Below, in pieces: positions 39,121-49,634 of a stretch of DNA of 64,000 nt. Source of the stretch: an uncultured delta proteobacterium (GTDB lineage: Bacteria > Myxococcota > Kuafuiibacteriia > Kuafuiibacteriales > Kuafuiibacteriaceae); NCBI GenBank assembly GCA_963803435.1, contig CAWDML010000014.1, positions 256,157 through 320,156 on the forward strand, given 5' to 3'. The notes under the pieces were generated by a model. The model worked only from the letters and a program-made list of their open reading frames with translations. It had not been told where the DNA came from and made no database searches. A program made the translations under genes and the position numbers. Within the stretch, counting starts at the first letter, position 1. Each line of letters starts with the position of its first letter.

Positions 39121-40784
39121 CTACAGCTCCCGGCGATACGCCCGCGTCAGGCCGATCGCCTCCCGGTACTCGTCGACGCGACGGTTCCGCTCCGCCGCCG
39201 TCCAGCCCAGCGACCGACCCATCACCTCGGCCACCCGCTCGGCCGAGCCCAGCGCCTGATCCTCCGCGGTCAGCGCCAGCGAGGTCCGGCGCACCAGCAC
39301 ATCCTCGAGCGACAGCGCCAGCTCGCGCTCGACGGCGTGGACGACCTCCGCCAGGATCACGTCGCGATCGGCCGTCACGCGCTCCTTCAGCGACGGGTCG
39401 TTCGCTGCGATCGCCGCCACCTCGACACCCCGGATGCCATACACGTTGGCCAACCGGTTCGCCACGTCCTCCGGGAGGTCCGCGTCTTTTGCAAGGCGGC
39501 TTGCGAGGGCGTCGAAGTCCTCGTGCAGATCGCGCGCGCCGGGGAGGATGGCCTTGGTGGTGCTCGAGCGCGGGCAGTCGAGATCGAGCGCGCGCACCGT
39601 GTGATCGACCGTCTCCGCCGCCATGCGCCGGTAGGTGGTCAGCTTGCCGCCAGCGACGGTCACCATCCGTCCGTCGCGGTAGAGCTTGTGCTCCCGAGGC
39701 ACGTCCGAGGCCGTGTCGGCCTCCACTTTGATCAGCGGGCGAAGTCCGGCCCAGGTCGCGATCACGTCGTCGGGCGCCAGCTGCTGCCCCGGGAAGTAGT
39801 GGTTGGCGGCGCAACAGCAGGTACTTCACGTCCTCGGCGTTGACCTGGATCTGCGTCGGATCACCCGTGAAGTCGGTGTCGGTGGTGCCGATGACCGTGC
39901 GGCCGTTCCACGGGATCGCGAAGAAGACGCGCCCGTCCTGCGGCGCGACCAGGGCGCTGGCGTGATGGATGGGGAGGCGCTCGCTGCGGAGCACCAGGTG
40001 GACGCCCTTCGTGGGGCGGATGACCGTGCCCTCGATCTCCGCCATCTGGCGGATGCTGTCGGTCCAGACGCCCGTGCAGTTGACGATGCCCTTGGTGCGG
40101 ACGGTGACCCGGCGATCGCCGAGCCGATCGTCGAAACGTCACCTCCGCGAGCTCGTCGTCCTCTCCGGTCTTGTCGAGCGCGACCACCTGCGCCTGCGTG
40201 ATGACCGGTGCGCCGTTCCTGCCGGCCGCGATCGCGTTCTCGAGCGTCATCCGCGCATCGTCGGTCATGCAGTCGTAGTAGATGATCCCGCCGGTCAGAC
40301 CCTTCGGGTTGAGGAGCGGCTCCCGCTCGAGCATCCGCTTGGGCGAGCGCAGGGTGATGTGGCGCTTCTCGACCTTGAAGAGCGAGAGGCTATCGTACAT
40401 CCACAGCCCCACGTCCATCATCCACAGCGGGAAGCGGGCCCCCTCGTACACCGGCAGCGCGAACATCAGCGGGCGCACCAGGTGCGGCGCGACCGCCCGC
40501 AGCGCCGCGCGCTCGTTGGTCCCCTCGAAGACCAGCCGGAACTGGTAGTGCTCGAGGTAGCGGAGGCCGCCGTGGATGAGCTTGCTCGATCGGCTCGAGG
40601 TCCCGAACGCCAGGTCACGCTGCTCCAGGAGCAGCACTTTCAACCCGCGCAGCGCGCTGTCGTGCGCGACGCCGGCGCCGTTGATTCCGCCGCCGATCAC
40701 CACCAGGTCGAACGTTCCCTGATCGACCTCATCGATGACCTCGGCGCGGCGGCGCGCATCGAAGTACCGGTCGGGCTCAGCCAT
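39121..40784 (-). CDS. glpD: FAD-dependent glycerol-3-phosphate dehydrogenase (two apparent frameshifts ~40135, ~39813)
   Basis: VIGGGING, GTSSRSSKLIHGGLRYL, PTKGVHL, GTTD, WAGLRPL, GGKLTTYR across three successive frames. Confidence 0.9.
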
Positions 40785-40820
40785 TCGGGTCGATGACTAA
40801 CACAATGGACGCAGCGCGTC

Positions 40821-42233
40821 TCAACCGATCCGCAGGCTCGCGTCCTCCTTGTCGAGGATCTTGATCGGCTGGATCGCCATCACCTTCATGAAGACGCGCA
40901 GCAGCACCGGATCGAACTTGAACTTGATCTCGCTCGACATCAGCGCAAGTGCGACCTCGGGCCCGTAGGCCTCCCGAAACGGGCGCTTCGAGGTGAGGGC
41001 GTCGTACGTCTCGCAGATCGAGATGACCTTGCCGAACGTCCCCAGCCCCATCTTGGGCATCACCAGCTGGATCTCGCCGTCCGGAGTCTTCCGCGGGATC
41101 GCGAAGTCAACCTTGCTCTCGTAGGCGGCGACGATGCGCAGCATCGTGGTCTTGTCGATGCCGCGGGTGTTGAGGATCTTCTTCGCGGAGCGCAGGGGGA
41201 AGAGGTCGACCAACCGCCGCTCGTCCTCGGTGAGGCCGCCGCGTTTGTTCTGCACCTCGATGGGGAGGTCGACCATTCCGATCTGGGAGAACATCGAAGC
41301 CATCCCCAGGTCGTGGAGCTGACGTTTGTCCAGACCGAGCTCCTGGCCGAACACCACGGAGAGCAGGCACGTGTTCACCGAATGAAACGGTAGATACTCG
41401 CTGTCGGATCGGGTCGTGGTCACGCCCAGGAAGTGCGTGCGCTGGTCGTAGCAGAGGTCGACGAGATCCTGGACCAGCCGCGCCGCCACCGCGAAGGGGA
41501 TCGAGTAGTCACCGCTGGCCACCTTCTCGAAGTACTTCTTCATGAAGAAGACGCTGCGGGAGTAGACCGTCATCAGGTACTTCTTCCGATCGATCTGCTC
41601 GTTGAGGTCCGGCTCCGCCTCCAGCTTGTCGAGCATCTCCTTGACCTGGGCGTACCGGGTCAGCTTGAGGGCGCTCAGCTTGTGGCCGTCGGCGCCGGAC
41701 TCGTCGGTGGTGCCCCGGTACTCGCCGGAGAAGACGTAGAGGAAGTCGCGGATCTCCTGCGTGGTGATCGCACGATTGGTGGAGAAGCCGCCGATGTCGC
41801 GCCGCTCGAACTCCTTCGTCAGATAGGTGACCGTCTCGAGCGAGTGGAAGTCGAACTTCAGCTGCGTGTTGTTGAGGTAGATGTGCGTGCCGGCGGCGGC
41901 CAGGTCGAGCTTCTTGTCGTCCGCGATCACGCGGTCCATCTGCTCGCGGAGCGACTCGATCGGCTTGAGAAAGACCGCATTGTCGGGAGCGTGGATCTTC
42001 ACGTTCCGGACCAGCATGTAGAGCGTCGAGACGATCTGCTTCCCGATGGTCTGGATGCGGACCTCGCGCCGCATGGCCATCTTGTCCGGGACGTCGCCGG
42101 TGCCGCCGAAACCCGAGGGATCGGCAAGGTAGCCCTCGGGCCCGCCCCTGTCGCGCTCGTCGAATGCGCCTTCGGACGGCTTCCAGTCGTCCTTGAGCTT
42201 GAGGGAGCCGATCCCGGCCTTCTTCTCAGCCAC
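40821..42233 (-). CDS. HD-GYP-like protein with degenerate active site
   Basis: HSVN, LTEDE, YDALTSKRPFR and FDP are present, but HD is replaced by SQ and HHE by YES. Confidence 0.8.
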   Translation of the reverse strand: MAEKKAGIGSLKLKDDWKPSEGAFDERDRGGPEGYLADPSGFGGTGDVPDKMAMRREVRIQTIGKQIVSTLYMLVRNVKIHAPDNAVFLKPIESLREQMDRVIADDKKLDLAAAGTHIYLNNTQLKFDFHSLETVTYLTKEFERRDIGGFSTNRAITTQEIRDFLYVFSGEYRGTTDESGADGHKLSALKLTRYAQVKEMLDKLEAEPDLNEQIDRKKYLMTVYSRSVFFMKKYFEKVASGDYSIPFAVAARLVQDLVDLCYDQRTHFLGVTTTRSDSEYLPFHSVNTCLLSVVFGQELGLDKRQLHDLGMASMFSQIGMVDLPIEVQNKRGGLTEDERRLVDLFPLRSAKKILNTRGIDKTTMLRIVAAYESKVDFAIPRKTPDGEIQLVMPKMGLGTFGKVISICETYDALTSKRPFREAYGPEVALALMSSEIKFKFDPVLLRVFMKVMAIQPIKILDKEDASLRIG

Positions 42234-44001
42234 GGTTCGCCTGCTCCTTCTGGGTCTCCAGCTCCTGCTTCAACCGAAGAGCCGCCTTGTGGGCCTGCTC
42301 GAGGATCTCCTTGGTGTTGCTCCGGTTCTGGACCTCGCGCGCCAGCACCTTGAACGCGCTGACCGACTTGTGCGCCACCAGCCCGACGATCGCGAGGCTC
42401 TTGTAGTCGTTGATCTTGCCGCGCGAGAAGAGCGTCCCCTTCTGCTCGAAGATGTTGGAGAAGTAGTCGACCGCCTCCTCGATCCTGGTCTCGCCGAGCG
42501 CCGTGACGATCGCGATCCGCTCCCGGCTGTCGCGCGAGAGGAAGCCGTCGTCCTGCATCATCTTGATGAACAGGGGCGCGGCGCGCTTGGGGCTCCGCGC
42601 CGCCAGGGCTCGGAAGGCGCCCAGACGCATCTGCACGTCCTCGTCCCGCATCGCTTTCTCGATGTACCGCAGCGACCGCTCGTCGTTGGACTTGGCGAGC
42701 GTCTTCAGGCCCTCGATCCGGATCATCACGTTCGGGTGATCGAGACACTTGGCGATGAGGGCGTATTTGTTCTCCGGATTGATCTTATTGATGATCGTGA
42801 GCATGTCTCTCACGACGTTCGAGGCGTTGTGCTCGAGGCGGCGGGCGAACACGTCCACGTGCGTCTTGCCGAGCTCCGCCAGGACGTCGATCAGGAGCGC
42901 CCGCCCCTCCGGCCGCTCCATGCCGGTCAACATCTCGACCAGCGGGATCAGCTCCTCCTCCGTGCAGATGGAGAGGTAGGCCTTGACCGCGTCCTGATCG
43001 AGCGGCCGCGCCAGCGTGATGTACTGGCGGATCGAGTCCAGACGCTGGGGCTCGACCATCCGGCGCTTGAAGATCTTTCGGATCGCGTTGACCACCTGCA
43101 GCCGAACCGTAGGCAGCGGCTTGGTACCGATCTTCTCGAAGCGCTGCAGCAAGGCGACCGCGCCCTTGACGTCCTCGGTCACCAGCAGCGTGTCGAGGAC
43201 CTGGGTGACCGCGTCGAGGATCATGTCCTGATCGGCCTGCGTCGAGTCGAGCTCGAGGATCTGGAAGACGATCAGCACCATCTTGGCGAACAGCCGCTTC
43301 TTCTCCTCCTGATAGATCTCCTCCTGGACCCAGGCGCGATCGGCCGGCGTCGCCGTGCGCCCCGAGATGATGCCGCCGCGGACCTGATCGACGTCGTCGA
43401 GCTGCAGCTCGAGATCCTCCGCAGAGAGCCGGGCGAAGCGGGTGACGTCGTCGCTGTCGGAGGCGAGCTGATGCTTGAGGTAGGCGACGATCTTCTCGAC
43501 CTCGATCTCGACCTCCTCCTCGCTCATGTCGGCGAAGCCGAAGCCCTCGACGACGATCCACTCGATCGACTCGAAGCTCTCCTTCCAGAGGCGCGTGATT
43601 GTGTCCTCGTTGAACAGCTGCTTCTCGCTCCAGTGGGAGACGGCGATCATCACGAAACGGAGCAGCTCGTCCGCCGTCAGCCCGCGACGCAGCAACAAGA
43701 AGCGCATCCCGTCGCGATAGAACTTGTAGGTGAGGTTCTCCTTGTCCTGGTCCTCGTAGATGACCTGCTTCTTGTACTCGAGCGTGTACGGCAGGAGCTT
43801 CAGCGGAAGGATCTCGTTCTCCTCGAGGAACGCGGCGAGCGCCTCGTAGGCCGGCTGCAGGAACTCGCCGAAGCGGTTCTCCGCGTGCCGGTAGATGCCG
43901 ATGTTCTTGATGCCTTTGAGGAGGAGCCGGAACGCTTCGGACGCTTGCTGCGCCGCTTGGACATCTTCGGGATCGATGTCGGCTGACACGCTCGAGCTCA
44001 T
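42226..44001 (-). CDS. HEAT-repeat protein
   Basis: C-terminal HEAT repeats (LDHPNVMIRIEGLKTL, DEDVQMRLGAFRAL); overlaps the downstream gene start. Confidence 0.8.
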   Translation of the reverse strand: MSSSVSADIDPEDVQAAQQASEAFRLLLKGIKNIGIYRHAENRFGEFLQPAYEALAAFLEENEILPLKLLPYTLEYKKQVIYEDQDKENLTYKFYRDGMRFLLLRRGLTADELLRFVMIAVSHWSEKQLFNEDTITRLWKESFESIEWIVVEGFGFADMSEEEVEIEVEKIVAYLKHQLASDSDDVTRFARLSAEDLELQLDDVDQVRGGIISGRTATPADRAWVQEEIYQEEKKRLFAKMVLIVFQILELDSTQADQDMILDAVTQVLDTLLVTEDVKGAVALLQRFEKIGTKPLPTVRLQVVNAIRKIFKRRMVEPQRLDSIRQYITLARPLDQDAVKAYLSICTEEELIPLVEMLTGMERPEGRALLIDVLAELGKTHVDVFARRLEHNASNVVRDMLTIINKINPENKYALIAKCLDHPNVMIRIEGLKTLAKSNDERSLRYIEKAMRDEDVQMRLGAFRALAARSPKRAAPLFIKMMQDDGFLSRDSRERIAIVTALGETRIEEAVDYFSNIFEQKGTLFSRGKINDYKSLAIVGLVAHKSVSAFKVLAREVQNRSNTKEILEQAHKAALRLKQELETQKEQANRG

Positions 44002-44002
44002 G

Positions 44003-44779
44003 CTACTCCTGGTTGAGCTTGGCCTTGAGATCGGCCAGCGAGTCGTTCACCGGATCGGGCTTCGCGGGGGCCGCGGGCTCGGGCTCCGGCGCTTCCTTCG
44101 GCTCCTGGCCGGACGGGAGCTGGGCCACCATCTTGGCCTTGAGCATCTTGAGGGCGTCCTCGACGCCGAGGTTGTCGATGGCGCTGGTGTCGAGATCGAT
44201 CTCGCCGCGATCCGCGCCCACCACCTCCGCCTCGACCTCGGCGCGGATCACCTTCTCTTCCATCCGCTCGAAGGCCTCGAGCGCGGAGGCGACGCTGGTG
44301 GCCGCCTTGCTGGTGGCGCCCACGCGGGCCCCCTTCGCCGCGGCCGCCGACTGGCGCGCCAGGAGCGCCGCGCGCCGGGCCGGCATCTCGGCCAACCTTC
44401 GCTCGAGCTCCTTCTCGGCGGCGTCGAGCTGCCGGATCTGGTGATCCTGCTCGTTGACCGCGGTGTCCTCTGCGGTCGCCCGCGTTTCGGCGGAGATCTT
44501 CAGCTCCAGGAAGCGCCGGGCGAGGGTTTCGTCATTCGCCTTCAAGGCGGCCATCGCCTTCTTCTCGAGGGTTTGGGACTCGGCGATGGCCTTGTCCCGC
44601 TTCTTCTCGAGGAGCCGCTTTTGGGTCTTGGCGTCGATGATCGCCTGCCGGGCCTCGTTCCGGCCCTTTTTCATGTCCTCGATCGCCTGTTCGAGCATCT
44701 TGGCCGGATCCTCGGCCCGCTCGACCAGGGCGTTGAGGTTCGACTCCAAGACCTTCCTCATCCGCTCCAGAATCCCCAT
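44003..44779 (-). CDS. PspA/IM30 family protein
   Basis: MGILERM...SNLNALVERAEDPAKMLEQAI, AFERMEEK, LADLKAKL. Confidence 0.9.
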   Translation of the reverse strand: MGILERMRKVLESNLNALVERAEDPAKMLEQAIEDMKKGRNEARQAIIDAKTQKRLLEKKRDKAIAESQTLEKKAMAALKANDETLARRFLELKISAETRATAEDTAVNEQDHQIRQLDAAEKELERRLAEMPARRAALLARQSAAAAKGARVGATSKAATSVASALEAFERMEEKVIRAEVEAEVVGADRGEIDLDTSAIDNLGVEDALKMLKAKMVAQLPSGQEPKEAPEPEPAAPAKPDPVNDSLADLKAKLNQE

Positions 44780-44871
44780 AGCTCCTTTAACTCCACGCTC
44801 GCGGCGCCATCTTCCTGCGCCCACCTTCTTTAGCTTGATCCTGCGCGGGATCCAATCTAACCCAGGACGCC

Positions 44872-45315
44872 ATGGCCTTGCGTAGGACCGGATATCAAGC
44901 GGGCGATGAAGTCGACTCGAAGTGCACGAAGTGCAAGCTGATCTTGGCCCACACCATCGTCGCGATGGTCGGGGACCAGATCGCCCGCGTGAAGTGCAAT
45001 ACGTGTGGGGGTGAGCACGCCTATCGCCCCCCACCCAGCGCCAGCGAAGCGACGGCGAAACGGCGGCGCGCCGAGCGCAAGGCCTCCAGCCTCGACAAGA
45101 TGGGCGGCAAGGTGACGGCGGCCGAATACGACCTCCTCACCCGCGGGAAAGACCTCAGCCACCCGGCGGCGTACTCCATGAACATGGAGCTCCAGCCGGA
45201 GGACATCATCCAGCATCCCAAGTTCGGTGTGGGTCTGGTGCTGGATTTGAAGGACGGCAAGAAAGCGCACGTGGCCTTCCCGGACGGCGGCCGGATCCTC
45301 GTCTACGGCCGTTGA
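44872..45315 (+). CDS. Conserved hypothetical: Zn-ribbon plus C-terminal tudor/SH3-like segment
   Basis: CTKC...CNTC and HPKFGVGLV. Confidence 0.75.
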   Translation: MALRRTGYQAGDEVDSKCTKCKLILAHTIVAMVGDQIARVKCNTCGGEHAYRPPPSASEATAKRRRAERKASSLDKMGGKVTAAEYDLLTRGKDLSHPAAYSMNMELQPEDIIQHPKFGVGLVLDLKDGKKAHVAFPDGGRILVYGR

Positions 45316-46322
45316 GGCTCACCTCGAGCCTGACCGGATTGGGGGGCCGCCTGGCCGCCTCCGCCGAAGATTTCGTCGTGGATGAAGAGCTCGCGTATTC
45401 GCCCAGCGGCGAGGGCGAGCATCTGTTCGTTCGCTTCGAGAAGAAGAACCTCACCACCGACCAGGCCGTGCGCCGGCTGGCGGGCAAGCTCTCGCGCCAG
45501 GCCGGCATCGCCGGCAACAAGGACAAGCGCGCGATCGCCACCCAGTGGATGTCGATGCCGCTCCCGATCGCGGATCCGATCCCCTCCTTCGAGGACAGCG
45601 ACGACCTCCGCGTCCTCGAGTCCCGCCGCCACCTCCACAAGCTCCGGCGCGGCCACGCGCGGACCAACCGCTTTCGCGTGATCATCCGCGACGTCCCCCA
45701 CGGCGGGATCGAGCGGGCGCGCGCCGTGCTCGACCGCCTCTCGGAGCTCGGCCTCCCCAACCGCTTCGGCCCGCAGCGCTTCGGCATCGACGGCGACAAC
45801 GCCGAGCGCGCGCGCAGCTTCCTCCGCGGCGAGGCCCGAGCACCCAGGGATCGGCGCGTGCGCGACCTCCTGATCTCCGCGCTTCAGTCCGAGGTCTTCA
45901 ACAGCATCCTCGACCTTCGGATTGAGCAGGGCCTCTGGGTCTCGGCGATCAGCGGCGACGTGATGGTCAAACACGCGACCGGCGGCATGTTCAGCGTGGT
46001 CGACCCCATCGTCGAGACGCCCCGCGTGGCCCGGCTCGAGATCTCGCCGACCGGCCTCCTCCCCGGACGCAAGACGGCGATCGCGAACGAGCTCGAGACC
46101 GCGGCGATCGAGGCGGCGGGCCTGTCACCCGAGGACGTCGAGAAGATGAGCACCGGGACACGCCGGACCTTGCGGCATCCGCTCGACAAAGACGCGCACG
46201 TGGAGCCGATCGCGGGCGACGCCTATCGGCTCGACGTGGTGCTCCCGAGCGGCGCCTTCGCCACCGTGCTGCTCGACGAGCTGGTGAAGCCCGAGGGACG
46301 CGTCTTCGATCGGGACAGCTGA
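45312..46322 (+). CDS. truD: tRNA pseudouridine(13) synthase
   Basis: EDFVVDE, AGNKDKRAIATQW, PNRFGPQRFG, LPSGAFAT. Confidence 0.93.
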   Translation: MRLTSSLTGLGGRLAASAEDFVVDEELAYSPSGEGEHLFVRFEKKNLTTDQAVRRLAGKLSRQAGIAGNKDKRAIATQWMSMPLPIADPIPSFEDSDDLRVLESRRHLHKLRRGHARTNRFRVIIRDVPHGGIERARAVLDRLSELGLPNRFGPQRFGIDGDNAERARSFLRGEARAPRDRRVRDLLISALQSEVFNSILDLRIEQGLWVSAISGDVMVKHATGGMFSVVDPIVETPRVARLEISPTGLLPGRKTAIANELETAAIEAAGLSPEDVEKMSTGTRRTLRHPLDKDAHVEPIAGDAYRLDVVLPSGAFATVLLDELVKPEGRVFDRDS

Positions 46323-47152
46323 ACCAGCTCCACGCGGCAGGTGCCGCCGCCGTGGCGTGGGATCGTCTGCGTGAGCCGATACTTCAGATCGAACACCGAG
46401 CTCACGCCCGCCTGGAACTGACCGAAGATTCCGCAGTGCATCCGGTGCCATCCCGGGCGCACGTACCAGGGACAGGCGCTGCCCTCGATCATCCCGGTAT
46501 GCGCGACGTCGTCCGCCTCGATGGTGTGCTCGGGGTTGACGCGGAAGATGTACTCGCCGATCCGGAGCACCTCGATCGCCGACGCCGGCGTCTCGGGGAG
46601 CCGCCACCGATCGCGCGCCCGCTGCCCGTAACGCACGCCGGCCTCGAAGCAGATCTGTCCGAGGAGCGAGCTGGCGTTGGGCAGCCCGGCCTCGGGGAGT
46701 CGCTCCGTCAGCGCGATCAGGATCTCACCGAGGTGCGTGGCGACCTCGATCCAGCGCGTGCGCAGGTCGAGCGCCGAGACCAGGCGGAAGGCGCGGAGCT
46801 GCTCGAGCGGTCCCCTCGGTCCGCCGCCCACGCCATCGAGCACCCAGAGGATCTTGCGTGCGCCGGGCCCCCGGTAGAGTCCGCGCATCGTCAGCGCGAC
46901 TGCGCGTGGATCGCTCGACGGATCGGGGAGCGCGGGAAACGTCCGCCGCAGCGCCTGGTAACGGCGCTCGAACGCCTGCGCCATCACGGTCGCGAGGACG
47001 CGGCGCGAAAGTGTCGCGCCGCCCAGGTGATCGGCGAGACCGCGCGAGAGCCAGCGGTACCACGCCGACATTCCGTCGGCGGCCAGGAGCCACAGCACCG
47101 CCCGAGGGACGCGCTCTCTGCGCAGGGTCTCGCGGGCGATGCGCTCGAGCAT
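46223..47152 (-). CDS. Hypothetical protein with Cys-coordinating C-terminal domain (V4R/ATC-hydrolase-like)
   Basis: CPW...HC...GGGTC pattern; overlaps the truD 3' end by about 100 bp. Confidence 0.55.
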   Translation of the reverse strand: MLERIARETLRRERVPRAVLWLLAADGMSAWYRWLSRGLADHLGGATLSRRVLATVMAQAFERRYQALRRTFPALPDPSSDPRAVALTMRGLYRGPGARKILWVLDGVGGGPRGPLEQLRAFRLVSALDLRTRWIEVATHLGEILIALTERLPEAGLPNASSLLGQICFEAGVRYGQRARDRWRLPETPASAIEVLRIGEYIFRVNPEHTIEADDVAHTGMIEGSACPWYVRPGWHRMHCGIFGQFQAGVSSVFDLKYRLTQTIPRHGGGTCRVELVQLSRSKTRPSGFTSSSSSTVAKAPLGSTTSSR

Positions 47153-47156
47153 GGCC

Positions 47157-48473
47157 TCAGAGCTTGCGGATGTTCTCGCGCTCGGTGAGCCGCTTGGCGG
47201 CGTTGCGCGTGTCGACCAGGAGCTTCGAGTGCTTCGCGATGAACGGCCAGTCGTAGCTGTCGTGATCGGTCAGGATCAGGACGGCGTCCTGTTCGGCGAG
47301 CCGCTCCGGCGTGAGCTCGACCGAGGTGAGGCCATGATCGAAGTGGCGCGTCTTCTTCATCACCGGGCAGTACGGATCGTTATAGCTGACGACCGCGCCC
47401 TCCTCCTGGATGAGGTCGATGATCTTCAGCGCGGGCGACTCGCGCACGTCGTCCACGTTCTTCTTGTAGGCCACGCCCAGCACCAGGATCTTCGCGCCGT
47501 GCATCGCGCGACCTCGATCATTCAAGAGGTGCATCAACCCGTCGACGACGTGGTACGGCATCTGGGTGTTGATCTCGCCGGCCAGCTCGATGAAGCGCGT
47601 CGAGAAGTCGTACTCGCGAGCCTTCCAGGTGAGATAGAAGGGATCGATCGGGATGCAGTGACCGCCGAGCCCGGGCCCCGGATAGAACGGCATGAAGCCG
47701 AACGGCTTGGTGGCGGCGGCGTCGATGACCTCCCAGACGTCGATGCCCATGCGCATGCACATCAGCTTGAGCTCGTTGACCAGCGCGATGTTCACGGCGC
47801 GGAAGGTGTTCTCGAAGATCTTCGTCAGCTCGGCCGCCTTCATCCCGGTGACCGGGATGACCTTCTGAATGATCGACTGGTACACCGCCTGTGCCAGCTC
47901 GGCCGAGGCGGGATCGTAGCCACCGACGACCTTCGGGATCGTGCTGGTCTCGAACTTCGGGTTGCCCGGATCTTCACGCTCGGGCGAGTAGGCGAGGAAG
48001 AAGTCGCGCGCGGCGACGAGCCCGCTCTTCTCCAGGATGGGGAGGCAGATCTCCTCGGTGGTCCCGGGATAGGTCGTCGACTCGAGGATGATCAGCTGAT
48101 CCTTCCTCAGCCCGCGCGTGATCTGCTGCGTGGTGTTCTCCACCGGGCCGAGATCGGGCTCGCGCGTCTTGGTGAGCGGCGTCGGCACGGCGATGAGGAT
48201 GACGTCGGGCTCCCCGATGCGGCCGAAGTCCGAGGTCGGGACGAAGCCGCCCTCGTCGATCGAGCGTTTGAGCGCGCCGAAGTCGATGTGCTTGATGTAC
48301 GAGCGACCGCCCTCGAGCGCGTCGATCTTCTTCTGATCGATGTCGAAGCCCCAGACCTTGAACCCGGCGCGCCGGAACGCGCCGACCAGCGGCAGGCCCA
48401 CGTAGCCCAGGCCGCAGACGCCGATGCCGGCGGTCCGATCCTCGATCTTCTTCTTCAGCTCGATTGCACCCAT
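47157..48473 (-). CDS. Nucleotide-sugar (UDP-GlcNAc/ManNAc-type) 6-dehydrogenase
   Basis: GLGYVGLP, VPTP, LESTTYPGTT, SPEREDPG, GPGLGGHCIPIDP, AYKKNVDDVRESP. Confidence 0.93.
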   Translation of the reverse strand: MGAIELKKKIEDRTAGIGVCGLGYVGLPLVGAFRRAGFKVWGFDIDQKKIDALEGGRSYIKHIDFGALKRSIDEGGFVPTSDFGRIGEPDVILIAVPTPLTKTREPDLGPVENTTQQITRGLRKDQLIILESTTYPGTTEEICLPILEKSGLVAARDFFLAYSPEREDPGNPKFETSTIPKVVGGYDPASAELAQAVYQSIIQKVIPVTGMKAAELTKIFENTFRAVNIALVNELKLMCMRMGIDVWEVIDAAATKPFGFMPFYPGPGLGGHCIPIDPFYLTWKAREYDFSTRFIELAGEINTQMPYHVVDGLMHLLNDRGRAMHGAKILVLGVAYKKNVDDVRESPALKIIDLIQEEGAVVSYNDPYCPVMKKTRHFDHGLTSVELTPERLAEQDAVLILTDHDSYDWPFIAKHSKLLVDTRNAAKRLTERENIRKL

Positions 48474-48518
48474 GTCGCGCGCGAGATAGCACCGAGCGCA
48501 GGCGGGCGCAAACCAGGC

Positions 48519-49521
48519 CTACTTCTTGTGAACCTGCCTCTCGTAGGCCGCGATGATCTTTTTGACTTCCCCCGCGTCCTTCGCCTGTGGGTCCAGCTCG
48601 AGGTAGCGCTGGTAGTGGGTGACCGCCGTCGCGTCGTCATCCTTCTTGGTGTAGGCGATCGCGAGCCCGCGCTCGGCGGCAGCCAGGGTCGGCTCGAGGG
48701 CGAGGGCCTTGTCATAGGCGGCGATCGCCTCGTCCAGCTTCCCTTCCGCCAGCACCAGGTTGTGACCTTCCTGCAGCGCGGTCATCGCCAGGCGCTTCTT
48801 CTCGGTCGCCTCCTTGAGCTTCGGATCGACCGTCACGACCGGCGCCGGCTCCTTCTGGACCATCCGATACGCACCGTAGATCCCGCCCGCGACGACCAGG
48901 CCGAGCAGCGTGACGACCGCCCAGTCCGGGATGCGCTTCTTCTTCTGGACGTCGCTCGGCACCGCGATCTCCATCGACGAGATCGCGTCCGGATTCTCGC
49001 GCGTGAAGAGCTGATCGAGCTGCGCGGTCTCGCGCTCGCGCCGCTTTGCCTCGTCCTCCTGCAGCTGGGCCACCAGGAGATGCGCCGGCTTCTTGGTGGC
49101 CTGCTCCTTCTTCTTCTTCTTCTTCTTCTTGGTCTCGAGCGGCGGCGGCTGGTCGGGGGCGGGTGCCGCCGCCTGCTCGCCGTCGGGACCGAGCGACTGC
49201 GACGCGATCACGCGCGCCGCCTCGAGCCGCGCCATCCACCCGTTGGGCACGCTGTCGTTCTGGGTCTTCATCACCGGGACGGCCGGTCCCGCCGAGGACA
49301 CCAGCCGCTTCTTCGGCTCCGAGCGACCCTTGGCGATCGCCTCCTTGAGATTCGGGGGGACCGTCCAGGACGGCGAGGTGTGCCGGCCGGCTCGAGCCCG
49401 ACCCCGAACCGGAGCGCGCCGCCGCCGGCTCGGCCGGACCCCGCCAGTCCTTGCGGCACGCCGGACAGCTGACGCCGTGGCTCACGGCGAACTCGTGCCC
49501 GCAATGAACACAGCGCGGCAT
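48519..49521 (-). CDS. Zn-ribbon / TM / TPR protein (apparent frameshift ~49385)
   Basis: MPRCVHC...CPAC N-terminus in one frame, continuing in another with a TM segment and TPR ([22 protein letters not shown]). Confidence 0.7.
49107..49130. repeat. (CTT)8 trinucleotide microsatellite encoding poly-Lys
   Basis: Read directly from the sequence; gives KKKKKKKK in the TPR protein. Confidence 0.9.
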
Positions 49522-49634
49522 CGCCGAAGGAGTGTACCGACAGAACGCGCGGCGCGGCAGGGGTGTTCGCCGAGTTGGATGTACGGAAAGGACGTCCACC
49601 GGCAGTCCCCGAGTGTGGTAGGACGTTGCTTCCC

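Noticed and set aside
49107-49130. Phase-variation tract
   Set aside because: A trinucleotide unit cannot shift the frame; it simply encodes poly-Lys.
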